64,000 nucleotides of DNA from Malacoraja senta (GCA_038087875.1 CM075995.1:2792001-2856000), one strand, 5' to 3'; shown: positions 1 to 13,649, counted from the first letter of the stretch. The notes: generated by a model from the sequence alone, not told the origin. Made by a program: numbers and translations.

Positions 1-222
1 CTTCAGACTGAGAGTCAGGTACAGAGATAAGCAAGTGCAATGAGTGAGAACGAGACAAAGGGGACGGGGATCAAGAAAAATGTAGAATAGATCCTTGTGA
101 GCTCGGAAAAGGTTACAACTAAGCAAACAGAGATAATCTGTAATCAGGGGCAGACAGACTAGTCGGAGAACTGGGAAGGGGGAGGGATGGAGAGAGAGGG
201 AAAGCAAGGGTTACTTGAGGTT
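1..222 (-). mobile_element. Penelope-like element 3'/pLTR fragment (cut by window edge)
   Basis: Same sequence family as 41919-42265 and 49445-49830 (cttcagactga...gggttacttga.gttaga). This family adjoins the GIY-YIG ORF end at 40377-40570. Confidence 0.6.
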
Positions 223-584
223 AGATCGGCGTGGAAGTCCCAATAACATCAGGATCGACCGCCTCACCTGGCCTGAGCGCCACAGTTTCGGGGGGACTTC
301 CGGGAATAAAGTGTCCATTCATTCATATTGTCCAGATTAAAGGAGCTGTTCAGTTCAGTTCTGTTTAAATATTGTCAAGTGTACCGAGATACAGTGAAAA
401 GCTTTTGTTGCCTGCTAACCAGTCAGCGGAAAGACAATACATGATTACACTCGAGCCATTTGCAGTGTACAGATACACGATGAGGGAATAACGTTTTGTG
501 TACTACCAGTTGTTGGTAAATCGCTGGTGTGCCTGTAACACATTGCACAAAATAGTGCCCAGCTCTGAAGCTTGTGAAGGAAAG

Positions 585-772
585 AACTGCATCTGGTTCA
601 AACCGAAGATTTACACAAAAAGCTGGAGTAACTCAGTGGGACAGACGGCATCTCTGGAGACAAGGAATGGGTGACTCAGTCTAAAGAAGGGTCTCGACCC
701 AAAACGTCACCCATTCCTTCTCGCCAGAGATGCTGCCTGTCCCGCTGAGTTACTCCAGCTTTTTGTGTCGAT
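585..772. repeat. Palindromic (head-to-head) Penelope-derived repeat
   Basis: acacaaaaagctggagtaactcagtgggacag...gaatgggtgac is inverted as gtcacccattccttc...ctgagttactccagctttttgtgt. Degenerate hammerhead core in the centre. Confidence 0.7.
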
Positions 773-807
773 CTCCTGAAGCTTGTGACTTCATTACATT
801 TTTCAAC

Positions 808-1460
808 TGGTCAAAAAGGCCTTTTGGCACTTTGGCCTTCATCAGTCAGAGCATTGAGTATAGTTGGAAGGTCATGTTGCAGTTGTATAAGACGTTGGTG
901 GGACCACATTTAGAATATTGTGTTCGGTTCCGGGCATCATGTTATAGGAAAGATATTGTCAAGCTTGAAAGAGTTCAGAAAAGATTTACGAGGATGTTGC
1001 CAGGAGGGTGTGAGCTACAGGGAGAGGTTGAGTAGGCTGGGTCTCTATTCCAAGGAGCGTAGGAGGATGAGAGGATGAGGGGATATCTTATAGAGGTGTA
1101 CAAAATCATGTGAGGAATAGATCGGGTAGATGCACATGGCCTTTTACCCAGAGTGGGGGAATCAAGGACCAGAGGATATAGGCTCAAGTTGAAGAGGAAA
1201 AGACTTATTGGGAATCCGAGGGGTAATTTTTCACACAGAGGGTGGTGGGTGTATGGAACAAGCTGCCAGAGGCGGTAGTTGAGGCTGGGACTATCCCATC
1301 GTTTAAGAAACAGTTGGACAGGTAAATGGATCGGACAAGTTTGGAGGGTTATGGACCAAGCGCAGGCAAGTGGGACTAGGGTAGCTGGGACATTGTTGGC
1401 CAGTATGGGCGAGTTGGGCCGAAGGGCCTATTTCAACACTGTATCACTCCATGGCTCTAT
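808..1460 (+). mobile_element. CR1 LINE 3' fragment (ORF2 C-terminus + 3'UTR)
   Basis: LYKTLVGPHLEYCV...KLERVQKRFTRMLPG is the CR1 ORF2 C-terminal signature. Confidence 0.9.
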
Positions 1461-1575
1461 AAATGTAATATGTTCAGATGTCGTTTAAAAGGTTGCAGTC
1501 GTTCCAAAGCTTGCTTGTGCCATTGTTGGCTGTCAATGAGAAATATGTTCCTCCACTGTTCGCTTTTGATGATAG

Positions 1576-1654
1576 TGGAGGCTGTCATGCAATATGAGTA
1601 GCAAATCATTGAAATTGTCAGAACACACCGTATCATTACTTAAAGATGAGGGAG
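1576..1654 (+). other. Candidate small host exon (WRLSCNMSSKSLKLSEHTVSLLKDEG)
   Basis: Non-repeat DNA. Pyrimidine-rich ...ttcgcttttgatgatag acceptor, strong GAG|gtgagt donor at 1655, one open frame. Product not recognised. Confidence 0.25.
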
Positions 1655-1887
1655 GTGAGTAATGTGTTACTGAGTACTTTCTAAAATTAGATAATAGATC
1701 TTTTGTTTGTCGAACAAAGACAGGGTTTTTAGACAATATTATGTGTCATGTATCATCCCCCGAAAGTAAAACTCTTATGCTTTAAACATCAGCTTGTGTT
1801 TACATTGATGTTTGTTGCAGGTGTGTCAAAATGCAACTCCTACACTGAATTAGTTTTCAACGTGGAGCAGAGAAAACTACAGATACA

Positions 1888-2696
1888 GCGCGGTGGTGCA
1901 GCGTAGAGTTGCTGCCTTACAGTGCCAGAGACCCGGGTTCGATCCTGACTACGGGTGCTGTCTGCACAGACTTTGTACGTTAGTGAATAGTGAAAGGCTT
2001 GGATAGAGTGGATGTGGAGAGGATGGTTCCACTACTGGGAGAGTCTAGAACTAAAGGTCATCGCCTCAGAATTAAAGGACGTTCCTTTAGGAAGGCGATG
2101 AGGAGGAATTTCTTTCTTCAGAGGGTGGTGAATCTGTAGAATTCTTTGCTACAGAAGGCTATGGAGGCTGTCAGTGGATATTTTTAAGGCAGAGATGGAT
2201 AGATTCTTGATTAGTACGGGTGTCAGGGGTTAAGGGGCGAATGCAGGATAATGGGGTTAGGAGGGAGAGATAGATCAGCCCTGATTGAATGGGAGACTTG
2301 ATGGGCCGAATGGCCTAACTGCTCCTGTCACTTATAACCTTATGACGTTCTCCCTGTGACCTCGTGTGTTTTCTCCGGTTTCCTCCGACACTCCAAAGAC
2401 GTAGTTTGTAGGTCAGTCTGAAGAAGGGTTTCGGCCCGAAACGTTGCCTATTTCCTTCACTCCATAGATGCTGCTGCACCCGCTGAGTTTCTCCAGCACT
2501 TTTGTGTACCTTCGATTTTCCAGCATCTGCAGTTCCTTCTTTAACACAATAGTTTGTAGGTTAATTGGGTTTAGTAAAAATTGTAAATTGTCCCTAGTGT
2601 GTAGGATAGTGTTGGTGTGCGGGGATCGCTGGTCGGCGCACTCTCTGTGCCCGAAGGGCCTGTTTCCGCGCTGTATCTCTAAACTAAACTAAACTG
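1888..2696 (+). mobile_element. tRNA-derived SINE (HE1/V-SINE type) interrupted by CR1 (about 1985-2345) and Penelope-derived (about 2413-2545) inserts
   Basis: A box ggtgcagcg, B box ggttcgatcc, central gtgctgtctg...cactccaaagacgta domain, (taaac)n tail. Confidence 0.8.
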
Positions 2697-2759
2697 AAAG
2701 ATGCTCCAGTATTTGGTGCCTATCTTTGCTACGAACCAACATCTGCAGTTCATTCCTAC

Positions 2760-3250
2760 ACATAGAAAAGCACAGGTCAGGAACAGGACATTCGGCCCAC
2801 AATGTCTGTGCCGAACATCATGCCAAGTTATACAAATCTCAACTGCCTGCACTTGATCCATATCTCTCCATTCCCTGCATATCCTCATCCCTATCTCAAA
2901 GCTTAAATACCATAATCGTATCTGCCTCCACCACCACCCCGAGCAGCATGGTCCAGGCACCCATCGCTCTCTGTGCAAAAAAACTGTGCAAATCCTGTAA
3001 ATTTTGTCCAATATCACCTTAAAGCTGTGTCCTCTAGTCTTTGACATTTCCACCCTGGGGAAAAGTTTGTGACTGTCTGCCCTATCTGTGCCTCTCATAA
3101 TTTTCTATTCTTCTATCAGGTCTCCCCTCAACCTTCAACGTTCTAGAGAAAACAATCCAAGATTGTCCAACCACTCCTTGTAGCTAATATGCCCTAATCC
3201 AGCCAGCATTTTGGTGAACCTCTCTTGCAACATCTCCAAAGCCTCCACCT
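2760..3250 (-). mobile_element. CR1 LINE 3' fragment
   Basis: ORF 2679-3098 MRGTDRADSHKLFPRVEMSKTRGH. Confidence 0.85.
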
Positions 3251-3310
3251 TGATCTCACTGTCCTCAATGTCCTTCCCATTTCAGCATACAGATACAAAG
3301 CACTCATGTA

Positions 3311-3628
3311 CAGGTCCACCACTGATTTTCCAGCAACTAGCGGTCCAGCTTCTCTTTTAACATGGACAAAATCCTCCTGAAAATGTGGCAGCCAGGCCGG
3401 ATGAGGTGGCCGATCTCGACCTCATCTGTATTTCCGCATCGATTGGCGGGTCGATTTTGCCCCCTGCGGCTGAATTCTCTGGAACTCCAGCCCGACCGGA
3501 GCCGGCAGATCAGTTCCCATAGCCGACTTCCGCGGCCGACTTTGCGGGCCGGTATCTCGGTCCCCCGACAAGACCGTGACCTCTGCTGGTCCAGGACCAA
3601 GGGCGCCAGAAAATTGCTGATGGACCTG
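3311..3628. mobile_element. Putative MITE (pogo/Tigger-like non-autonomous DNA transposon)
   Basis: Imperfect TIRs of about 25 bp: ta|CAGGTCCAccactgattttcc ... agaaaattgctgaTGGACCTG|tg. GC-rich non-coding interior. Confidence 0.55.
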
Positions 3629-3879
3629 TGGTACAATAGACAATAGACAATAGACAATAGGTGCAGGAGTAGGCCATTCGGCCCTTCGAGCCAGCACCGC
3701 CATTCAATGTGATCATGGCTGATCATCCCCAATCAGTACCCCGTACTGTGCCTACGTACATCATCTGACTCCAAGCATACGTTCCTTCCTTTATCCATGT
3801 ACCTGGTGACATGTGGCAGGCAGAGCTCAGGACCTATTCTAACATTTTTCCTACGGGGAAAAAGATCTAATTTTTGTTA

Positions 3880-4760
3880 AGTCATAGAGTCAGAGAGTCA
3901 GAGTGTGATACAGTGTTGAAACCGCCTCGATGGCCCAACTTGCCCACACCAGCCAACATGTCTGAGCTACACTAGTCCTACCTGTCAGCATTTGGTCCAT
4001 ATCCCTCCAAACCTGTCCCATCCACGTGCCTGTATAACTACTTCTTAAATGTTGGGATAGTCCCAGCCTCAACTACCTCCTCTGGCAGCTTGTTCAATAC
4101 ATCCACGACCCTTTGTGTGAAAAAGTTACCCCTCAGATTCCTATTAATTCCCTTCACCTTAAACCTTTGTCCTCTGGTCTTACTCTTTGAAGAGAGACTC
4201 TGTGCATCTACCCGATCTATTCCTCTCATGATGTACACCTCTATAAGGTCACCCCTCATCCTCCTGCACTCCATGGAATAGAAACTCAGTCTACTCAACC
4301 TCTGCCTATAGCTCAGACCCTCTAGCCCTGGCAATATCCTCGTAAATCCTCTCTGTACACTTTCCAGCTTGACAACATCTTTCCTATAGTATGGTGCCAA
4401 GAACTGAACACAATACTCCAAATGTGGCCTCACCAACGTCTTATGCAACTGCAACATGACCTCCCAACTTCTATACTCAATACTCTGGCTGATGAAGGCC
4501 GATGTGTCAAAAGCCTTCATGACCACCCGATCTACCTGTGACTCCACCTTCAGGGAACCATGCACCTGTACTCCTAGATCCCTCTGCTCTACAACACTCC
4601 CCAGAGCCCTACCATTCACTGTGTAGGTCCTGCCCATATTTGACTTCCCAAATTGTAACACCGTACATTTTTCTGCATTATATTCCATCATCCATTCCTC
4701 AGCCCACGTGGACAACTGATCAAGATCCTGCTGCTATTTTTCACAACCGTTCTCACTATT
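3880..4760 (-). mobile_element. CR1 LINE 3' fragment
   Basis: ORF 4038-4715 WAEEWMMEYNAEKC...RPHLEYCVQF; tail of (actctatg)-like repeats. Confidence 0.92.
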
Positions 4761-4980
4761 AAGTGAACATGTCATTTCAGTCCGAGGGGAACAGTGTGAT
4801 TTGTGACTGAAGTGCTAGGTCAGTTTAGATTCAGATGAGAACCAGAGGCTATTTAAATAGCTCTTTATTATATCATTAAGATTGTTTTACATCTGCTATA
4901 AAGTTTATGAAAGGTTTAAAATTCAAATAGATCTTTACTGCCGATTAAAAACTTTTTAAACGTTAAAAATCAGTAGAAAA

Positions 4981-5275
4981 GTTTAGTTTAGTTTAATTGA
5001 GTTTATAGATACAGTGTGGAAACAGGCCCTTTAGCCCACCGAGTCTGCGCCGACCAGAGATCCCCACACGTTAACACCATCCGACACACACTGGGGACAA
5101 TTTACAAATATGCCAAAGCCAATTAACCTACAAACGTGTACGTCTGTGGAGTGTGGGAGGAAACCGGAGAACCCGGAGAAAACCCACGTAGCTCGCGGGG
5201 AGAACGTACAAACTCCATAGTCACGATCGAACCTGGGTCCCTGGCGCCGTAAGGCAACAACTCTACCCTGCTGCC
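4981..5275 (-). mobile_element. tRNA-derived SINE (HE1/V-SINE type)
   Basis: Reverse-complement B box and central domain, (gttta)n tail. Confidence 0.8.
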
Positions 5276-5539
5276 TATTAGCAGTACTTACTGCCAATTA
5301 AAAACTTTTTAAACAATAAAAAACAATTAAAAAGTACGCTCAAAATTATCTCTATTCTAAAGGTACGCCCTTTTACTCTGAACCTATGCCCTCTGAACCA
5401 AGGCTCTCCACTAGTGGTCACATCCTCCCCACATCAACTCTATCCAAGCCTTTCATTATTCGGTAGGTTGCAACGAAGTCTCCCCCTCATCCTTCTAAAC
5501 TCCAGTGAGTGCAGGCCCAGAGTTATCAAAGGCTGAAAG

Positions 5540-6040
5540 GTTCAAATTTATTTGCCACAAGCACCATAAGGTGCAGTGAAATGTAATTTACCATGCAGCG
5601 TTACAATTAAAAAAGGACACAATACACAACATAATTCTACACAGACATCCACCACAGCATTCTTCACTGTGGTGGAAGGCAATACAGTTCAGACAGTCCT
5701 CCTCCTCCTCCTCCTCCTCCGTTGTTCACCCGTGGTCGTGGCCCTGACCCTCCGTAGTCGCCGCTATGGACGGCCCGATGTTCAAGCCCTCTGGTCGGGA
5801 TAGTCGGAACACCGACGTCGGGACAGGTCGAGCACACCCGGAGCGCCCAAATGGGCCACCACCTTACCGGAGACCGCGGCTTCAAGATGTCGTAGGCCGC
5901 AGCCGGCGGTCGGAGCTCTTCTCCGGTGACCCGCGGCGAGGGATCGCCCACTCCACGATGGAAGGTCCGCTCCACGCCTGCCGCCAGGAGCTCCACGGAC
6001 CGAGTTTCAAGATGTTGTAGGCCGCAGGCCAGTGGTCGGA
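5540..6040 (-). mobile_element. GC-rich non-autonomous retroelement (family also at 40725-41495, 56290-56560, 61588-62322), inserted in CR1
   Basis: Shares the catccaccacagcattc.tcactgtggtggaaggca block and the ccggagaccgcggcttca motif with the other copies. Confidence 0.55.
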
Positions 6041-6228
6041 GCGCTCCTCATACACTAACCCAATCATCCCTGGGATCGTTTTAGTCCATCTCCGGACCCT
6101 CTCCAATGCCAGCGCACCCTTCCTCAGACTCACAATATTCCAAATGTGGTCTGACCAGAGCCTTATAAAGCCTCAACATTCTATCCTTGCTTTTATATTT
6201 CACTATTATTGTTTTTTTGTTTTTTTTG

Positions 6229-6229
<1 letters not shown>

Positions 6230-6269
<40 letters not shown>
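6230..6269. repeat. (TA)n microsatellite
   Basis: Seen directly. Confidence 0.95.
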
Positions 6270-6272
<3 letters not shown>

Positions 6273-6486
6273 TCTCTCGTTTATTATATTTCCAGTATAC
6301 TATGTTTACATATTCAGTTGTGAAGCTGCAAGTAAGAATTTCATTGTTCTATCTGGGACATATGACAATAAAACACCCTTGCTGCTTGACTCTCTTGACT
6401 ACTCTAGTCCTCTTGAAATGAATGTGAGCATTGCATTTGCCTTCCTTCCTGCTGAGTCAAGCTGCAAATCCACCTTGTAGTATTAA

Positions 6487-7520
6487 CCATATAACCATAT
6501 AACCATTACAGCACGGAAACAGGCCATCTCGGCCCTTCATGTCCGTGCCGAACATTTGTTTTTCATTTTTTTTTATTTTTCCCTTCTTTCTTCTTACTTC
6601 TTACTTCCCCCTAGTCCCATCTACCTGCACTCAGACCATAACCCTCCATTCCTTTCCCGTCCATATACCCATCCAATCTATTTTTAAAGGATAAAATCGA
6701 ACCTGCCTCCACCACTTCCACTGGAAGCTCATTCCACACAGCTACCACTCTCTGAGTAAAGAAGTTCCCCCTAATGTTCCCCCTAAACTTCTGTCCCTTA
6801 ATTCTCAAGTCATGTCCCCTTGTTTGAATCTTCCCTACTCTCAATGGGAAAAGCTTATCCACGTCAACTCTGTCTAACCCACTCATCATTTTAAAGACCT
6901 CTATCAAGTCCCCCCTTAACCTTCTGCGCTCCAAAGAATAAAGACCTAACTTGTTCAACCTTTCTCTGTAACTTACTTGCTGAAACCCAGGCAACATTCT
7001 AGTAAATCTCCTCTGTACTCTCTCTATTTTGTTGACATCCTTCCTATAATTAGGCGACCAAAATTGTACTCCATACTCCAGAATTGGCCTCACCAATGCC
7101 TTGTACAATTTTAACATTACATCCCAACTTCTATATTCAATGCTCTGATTTATAAAGGCCAGCACACCAAAAGCTTTCTTTACCACCCTATCTACATGAG
7201 ATTCCACCTTCAGGGAACTATGCACAGTTATTCCTAGATCCCTCTGTTCCACTGCATTCCTCAATTTGCTACCATTTACCATGTACGTCCTATTTTGATT
7301 TGTCCTGCCGAGATGTAGCACCTCACATTTATCAGCATTAAACTCCATCTGCCATCTTTCAGCCCACTCTTCCAAATGGCCTAAATCTCTCTGTAGACTT
7401 TGAAAATCTACTTCATTATCCACAACACCACCTATCTTAGTACCATCTGGATACTTACTAATCCAATTTTCCACACCTTCATCCAGTTCATTGATGTACA
7501 TGACAAACAACAGTTCTCCC
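6487..7520 (-). mobile_element. Young CR1 LINE 3' portion (RT end + C-terminus, uninterrupted 303-aa ORF)
   Basis: ORF 6611-7522 INELDEGVENWISKYPDGTK...RPILEYGVQFW; (ccatataa)n tail; near-identical sister copy at 54058-54473. Confidence 0.93.
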
Positions 7521-7827
7521 AAGTACCTTTGAACCTACGATTTCTGAATCCCCTCTCTATTTGGAAAATAGTCTACGCCTTTTTTCCTTTACCGAACTGC
7601 ATGGCTGTATACTAGCAATGCTATATTCCATTTGCCACTTCTTTACCAACTCCCCCAACCTATCTAAGTCCTTCTGCAGACTCTCCAACACTGCCTGCCC
7701 CTCCACTTATCATCTGCAAACTTGGCCACAATGTTGGCCCCAATCTTGACTTGTTACTATATGTGCAAGTTAATAGAAAGCTTTAAATCTCCAATCCTTT
7801 GATTCATAAAGCCAAGTCAACATGGTT

Positions 7828-8131
7828 GCACGGTGGCGCAGCAGTAGTTGCTGCCTCACAGCGCTTCTAGTGCCAGACACCGGGTTCGATCCTGACTACG
7901 GGTGTTGTCTGTACGGAGTTTGTACGTTCTACCCGTGACCGCGTGGGTTTTGTCCGAGATCTTCGGTTTCCTCCCACAGTCTAAAGACGTAGAGGTTTGT
8001 AGGCTAATTGGCTTGGTATAAATGTAAGATTGTCACTAGTGTGTGTAGGATAGTCTTAATGTGCGGGGATCGCTGGTAGGTCGAAGGACCTGTTTCCGAT
8101 GGAGCTGTATCTCTAAACTAAACTAAACTAA
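7828..8131 (+). mobile_element. tRNA-derived SINE (HE1/V-SINE type)
   Basis: tggcgcagcag A box, ggttcgatcc B box, (taaac)n tail. Confidence 0.85.
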
Positions 8132-8464
8132 GTGGCAGAATATGAGCCAAAATCATTTGTGAGTAGAACTCAGTGTCGTCTTGCTAGTGTGAGATCCTTC
8201 TGTTGACTTATTAAGTGTGGAAATCAGTTTAAAATGTGGCTTGTTAGCCACGCATGCAATTGTCTATTGATGTTGAGTTTTGGTTAATATTTAATGTATG
8301 GTAGAAAACTCAGATTTGCTCAAAGAGCCTAAGATGGATCTGGTTCAGTGTCTTTCATGCTGGCAGACACAATGATAACAGAGTTATTAACTAATTGCAA
8401 TAACTGAACACTATGATCAGTCTGCAATCAGACAGCATGTGGTGACTGTGTAAACCAGTGCAAT

Positions 8465-9560
8465 TCAGTTTAGTTTATTGTCACGTGTACCGAGGTACGT
8501 TTAAAAACATTTGTTGCGTTCTTACCAGTCAGTGGAAAGACAATACATGATTACAATCGAGCCATTTACAATGTATAGATATATGATAAAGGAATTGCGT
8601 TTAGTGCAAGGTAAAGCCAGCAAAGTCTGATCGAAGATAGTCCAAGGTTCACCAAATAGGTAGATACTCGTTCAGGACTGCTCTCTAGTTGCGGTAGGAT
8701 GGTTCACTTGCCTGATAACAGCTGGGAAGAAACTGTCCCTGAATCTGGTGTGTGTTTTCAAACTTCGATTCATTTTGCCTGATGGGAAAGGGAGAAGAGG
8801 GTGTGGCCATGGTGCGACTTTAGAAGGATGAAGGGGCACCTTATTGAAAATTATGGAATAGTGAAAGACCTGGACATGGAGAGGATGTTTCCACTAGTGG
8901 GACAGTCTAGGCCAGGGTGCGACTCATCCTTGATTATGCTGTTGGCCTTGCCGAGGCAGCGTGAGGTGTAAATAGAGTCTATGCAAGGGTGGTTGGTTCG
9001 TGTGATGGTCTGTGCTGCGTCCACAATTTGTTGCAATATCTTCAAGTCAAGTCAAGTCAAGTCAAGACTTGCGGTCTTGGATGGAGCTGTTCCCAAACCA
9101 AGACGTGATGCATCCTGATAAAATGCTTTCCATGGTCATAAGGTCATAAGGAATAGGAGTAGAATTAGGCCATTCAGCCCATCAAGTTTACTCCGCCATT
9201 CAATCATGGCTGATCTATCTCCCTCTCCTAACCCCATTCTCCAGCCTTCTCTCCATAACCTCTAACACCTGTACTAATCAAGAATCTGTCTACGAATCTC
9301 TGCCTTAAAAATATCCACTGACTTGGCCTCCACAGCCTTCTATGGCAAAGATTTCCACAGATTCACCACCGTCTTTGCTGCATCTGTAGATGTTGGTGAG
9401 AGTTGTAGGGAACTTGTCGAGCTTCCTAAGCCTTCTAAGGAAGTAGAGGCGTTGGTGTACTTTCTTGGTCGTTGCTTCAATATGGGTGGTCCAGGAGAAG
9501 TTGTTGGTGACATTGACTCCTAGGAATTTGAAGTTTTCTACCATCTCTACGTAGTCAACA
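8465..9560 (-). mobile_element. Rex1/Babar-type LINE fragments with nested CR1 pieces
   Basis: VENFKFLGVNVTNNFSWTTHIEATTKKVHQRLYFLRRLRK (ORF 9305-9613) and IYTSRCLGKANSIIKDESHPG (ORF 8851-9045). Confidence 0.75.
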
Positions 9561-9679
9561 GCAATGCAATTAACATTTTCCGGAATATCTTTCACTGGAT
9601 ACTTAAGAAACAAATCAGGCTAAAATATCTTCTTCCATCTGTTTAAAATAAATATAGCAGTTATACAGGGCCCTGGTAA

Positions 9680-11112
9680 AACAGTAAGGCAGATTACTAT
9701 CTAAATGGCGTCAAGTTGGGAAAAGGGGAAGTACAACGTGATCTGGGGGTCCTTGTTCATCAGTCTATGAAAGTAAGCATGCAGGTACAGCAGGCAATGA
9801 AGAAAGCGAATGGCATGTTGGCCTTTATAACAAGAGGAGTCGAGTATAGGAGCAAAGAGGTCCATCTGCAGTTGTACAGGTCCCTAGTGAGACCACACCT
9901 GGAGTATTGTGTGCAGTTTTGGTCCCCTATTTTGAGGAAGGACATTCTTGCTATTGAGGGAGTGCAGCGTAGGTTTACAAGGTTAATTGCCGGGATGGCG
10001 GGACTGTCATATGCTGAGAGAATGGAGTGGCTGGGCTTGTACACTCTGGAGTTTAGAAGGATGAGGGGGAATCTTATTAAACATATAAGATTATTAAGGG
10101 TTTGAACACGCTAGGGGCAGGAAACATGTTCCCGATGTAGGGGGAGTCAAGAACCAGGGGCCACAGTTTAAGAATAAGGGGTATGCCATTTAGAACGGAG
10201 ACGAGGAAACACTTTTTCTCACAGAGAGTTGTGTCTGTGGAATTCTCTGCCTCAGAGGGCAGTGGAGGCTGGTTCTCTAGATACTTTCAAGAGAGAACTA
10301 GATAGGGCTCTTAAAGATAGCGGAGTCAGGGGATATGGGGAGAAGGCAGGAATGGGCTTCTGATTGGGGATGATCAGCCATGATCACATTGAATGGCGGT
10401 GCTGGCACGAAGGGCCAAATGGCCTACTCCTGCACCTATTGTCGATTGTCTATTGTCTATTGACCACACCTGGTGTGTTGTGTGCTGTTTTGGTCTCCTG
10501 ATTTGAGGTAGGACATTCTTCCCATTGAGGGAATACAGCGTAGGTTCACCAGGTTAATACCCAGGATGGCGGGACTGATATATGATGAAAGAAAGGGTCG
10601 ACTCGGCTTGTATTCACTGGAATTTGGAAGGATGAGAGGGTACCTTATAGAAACATATACAATTCTTGGGTTTCGACCTGAAATGTCACCCATTCCTTCT
10701 CTCCAGAGATGCTGCCTGCCCCGCTGAGTTACTCCAGCTTTATTTGTCTAAAATTCTTAAGGGATTGGGCAGGCTAGATGCAGGAAAAAAAATCCTTATG
10801 TTGGGAGAGTCCAGAACTAGGGGTCACAGTTTAAGAATAAGGGGTAAGCCATTTAGGACTGAGATGGGGGAAAAAACTTTTTCATCCAGAGAGTTGTGAA
10901 TGTGGAATTATCTGCCAAAGAAGGCAGTGGTGGCCAATTCACTGGATGCTTTCAAGAGAAAGTTGCATATAGCTCTTAGGGCTAACGGAATCAAGGGATA
11001 TGGGGAGAAAGCAGGAATGGGGTACTGATTCTGGATGATCAGCCATGATCATATTGAATGTCGGTGCTGGCTCGAATGGACAAATGGCCTACTCCTGCAG
11101 CTATGTTTCTAT
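9680..11112 (+). mobile_element. Two tandem CR1 LINE 3' fragments
   Basis: ORF 9716-10105 QRDLGVLVH...RPHLEYCVQFW; (ctattgt)n and (ctatgttt)n tails. Confidence 0.9.
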
Positions 11113-11559
11113 GAGACACCTCCACACTGGTGGCAAGCGGAGTCTCAGATACGGAGCTGCTGAAGTTGGTGTATTTATGGTAGGGCTGAAGATTGGCTGT
11201 GACTTCAAGGTGTCTGCCCTCGGAGAGTCTCCTGTAAAATCTCAACCACGGGGTATCAGGTTTCTTAAACTATCATCAGCAGCTGGGCCCCTCCGATCAC
11301 TCCATGAAAACTCCGCTGGAATGCTTTGAAAATAACGTCAATGTCTTCAGAGAGAAAAAAATGTGCATTTGGAAGCATGCAGGAATGCGTTTGAACAGTG
11401 ACTTTTCTTTACATACGGCGGCTCAAGTCAGTTCCTGCCCACAAATCCGTCAATTGAAAGCAGCTCCATCGAAACATCAGTCGGGAACCAATGTTACGAA
11501 AAAGTAGAGCTTCTGATATTTGAGTGGCCTTAGGGGCTATTTCCTATGCAAGCAAAACA

Positions 11560-12995
11560 TTGAAACACAGAAACATAGAAAAATAGGTGCAGGAGTAGGC
11601 CATTCGGTCCTTTGAACCAGCACCGACATTCAATATGATTGTCTGATCATCTAAAATCGGTACCCCGTTCCTGATTTTTCCCTATATTCCATGATTCCTT
11701 TAGCACTAAGAGCTAACTCTAACTCTCTCTTGAAAACATCCAGTGAATTGACCTCCACTGCCTTCTGTGGCAGAGAATTCCACAGATTCACAACTCTCTG
11801 GGTGAAAAGTTTTTCCTCATCTCAGTCCTAAATGGCCTACTCCTGCACCTATTGTCTATTGTCTATTGTCTATTCTTAAACTGTGGCCCCTGGTTCTGAA
11901 CTCCCCCAACATCAGGAACATGTTTCCTTCTTCTAGCGTGTCCAAACCCTTAATAATCTTATATGTATCAATAAGATACCCTCTCATCCTTCTAAATTCC
12001 AGAGTATACAAGCCCAGCCGCTCCATTCTCTCAGCATATAACAGTCCAGCCATCCTGGAAATTAACCTATGCTGCATTCCCTCAATAGCAAGAATGTCCT
12101 TCCTCAAATTTGGAGAGCAAAACTGCACACAATACTCCAGGTGTGGTCTCACTAGGGTCCTGTACAACTGCAGAAGGACCTCTTTGCTCCTATACTCAAC
12201 TCCTCTTGTTATGAAGGCCAACATGCCATTTGCTTACTTCACTGCCTGCTGTACCTGCATGCTTACTCTCATTGACTGATGAACAAGGACACCCAGATCC
12301 CATTGTACTTCCCCTTTTCCCAACTTGACACCATTCAGATAATAATCTGCCCTTGTTCTTGCCTCCAAAGTGGATAACCTCACATTTATCCACATTATAC
12401 TGCATCTGCATGCATCTGCCCACTCATCCAACCTGTCCAAGTCACCCTGCATCCTCATCACATCCTCCTCACACTTCACACTGCCACCCAGCTTTGTGTC
12501 ATCTGCAAATTTGCTAATGTTACTTTTAATTATTTCATCTAAATCATGAATGTATATTGTAAATAGCTGTGGCCCCAGCACCGAGCTTTGCGGCACCCTA
12601 CAAGTCACTGCCTGCCTTAATCCCTACTCTTTGATTCCTGTCTGCCAACCAATTTTCTATCAATGTTAATTTCCCCTTTGTAAATCCATGCTGACTTGGA
12701 CCGATCCTGTAACTGCTATCCTATTACATCTTCGATAATTCACTCCAGCATGTCAGGCTAACTGGTCTATAATTCTCTGCTTTCTCTCTCCATCCTTTCT
12801 TGAAAAGTGGGATAACATTAGCTACCCTCCAATCTACAGGAACTGATCTAGAATCTATAGAATATTGTAAAATGATCACCAATGCATCCACGATTTCTTG
12901 AACCACCTCCTTGAGTACCCTGGTATGCAGACCATCAGGCCCTGTGGATTTATCAGCCTTCAGTCCGATCAGTCTACCCAACACAATTTCTTGAC
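11560..12995 (-). mobile_element. CR1 LINE fragments (RT domain to 3' end, internally deleted)
   Basis: ORFs 12724-12984 (GPDGLH..NYRPVSLT), 12234-12608 (VPQSSVLGP..FADDTK) and 11856-12224. Confidence 0.9.
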
Positions 12996-13649
12996 TAATC
13001 TATCCCTCCTCACCCCACACAATTGTCGACACAAGGAACTGCAAATTTACAAAAGGGTTTGCTAAAAAAAGACACAAAGTGCAGGAGTAATTCAGCGGGT
13101 CGGGCAGCATCTCTGGAGAACATGGATAGGATAGGTGACGTTTAGTTCTCGATCCCAAACGTCACGATTCCAAACGTCAGAGAGATGCTGCCTGACCGGC
13201 CGAGTTACTCCAGCATTTTGTGTCTTTTTTTCCCATTAATGTCTTCTGAATCATACATGAACCCAGCTACCATATCTCGGCAATCGAGATCAGAAATCCA
13301 AAAATAGATTTTTGCAATTTCTTCAAATGCATTTGCAAGATGTTTGAATTTGATTTAATCTCAGAGGAAATAATTTGAAAAAGCTTTACTGGATATAAAC
13401 ACGTTCTGTTTATTCCAGATCAAAGCAGGTTAACAGCTGCCTTAAACATTCACTTTTTCCAATACTTCATTGCCATGCTGTGAACTATCCCCAGGTTAGT
13501 GATTTGCAGTCATAGGATAGGTTTACGGTAAAGGGGAAAATATTTAATAGGAATCTCAGGGGGGGGTAACCTTTTCACACAAAGGGTGGTGAGTGTATGG
13601 AACGAGCTGCCAGTGGAGGTAGTTGAGGCAGGGATTATCCCAATGTTTA

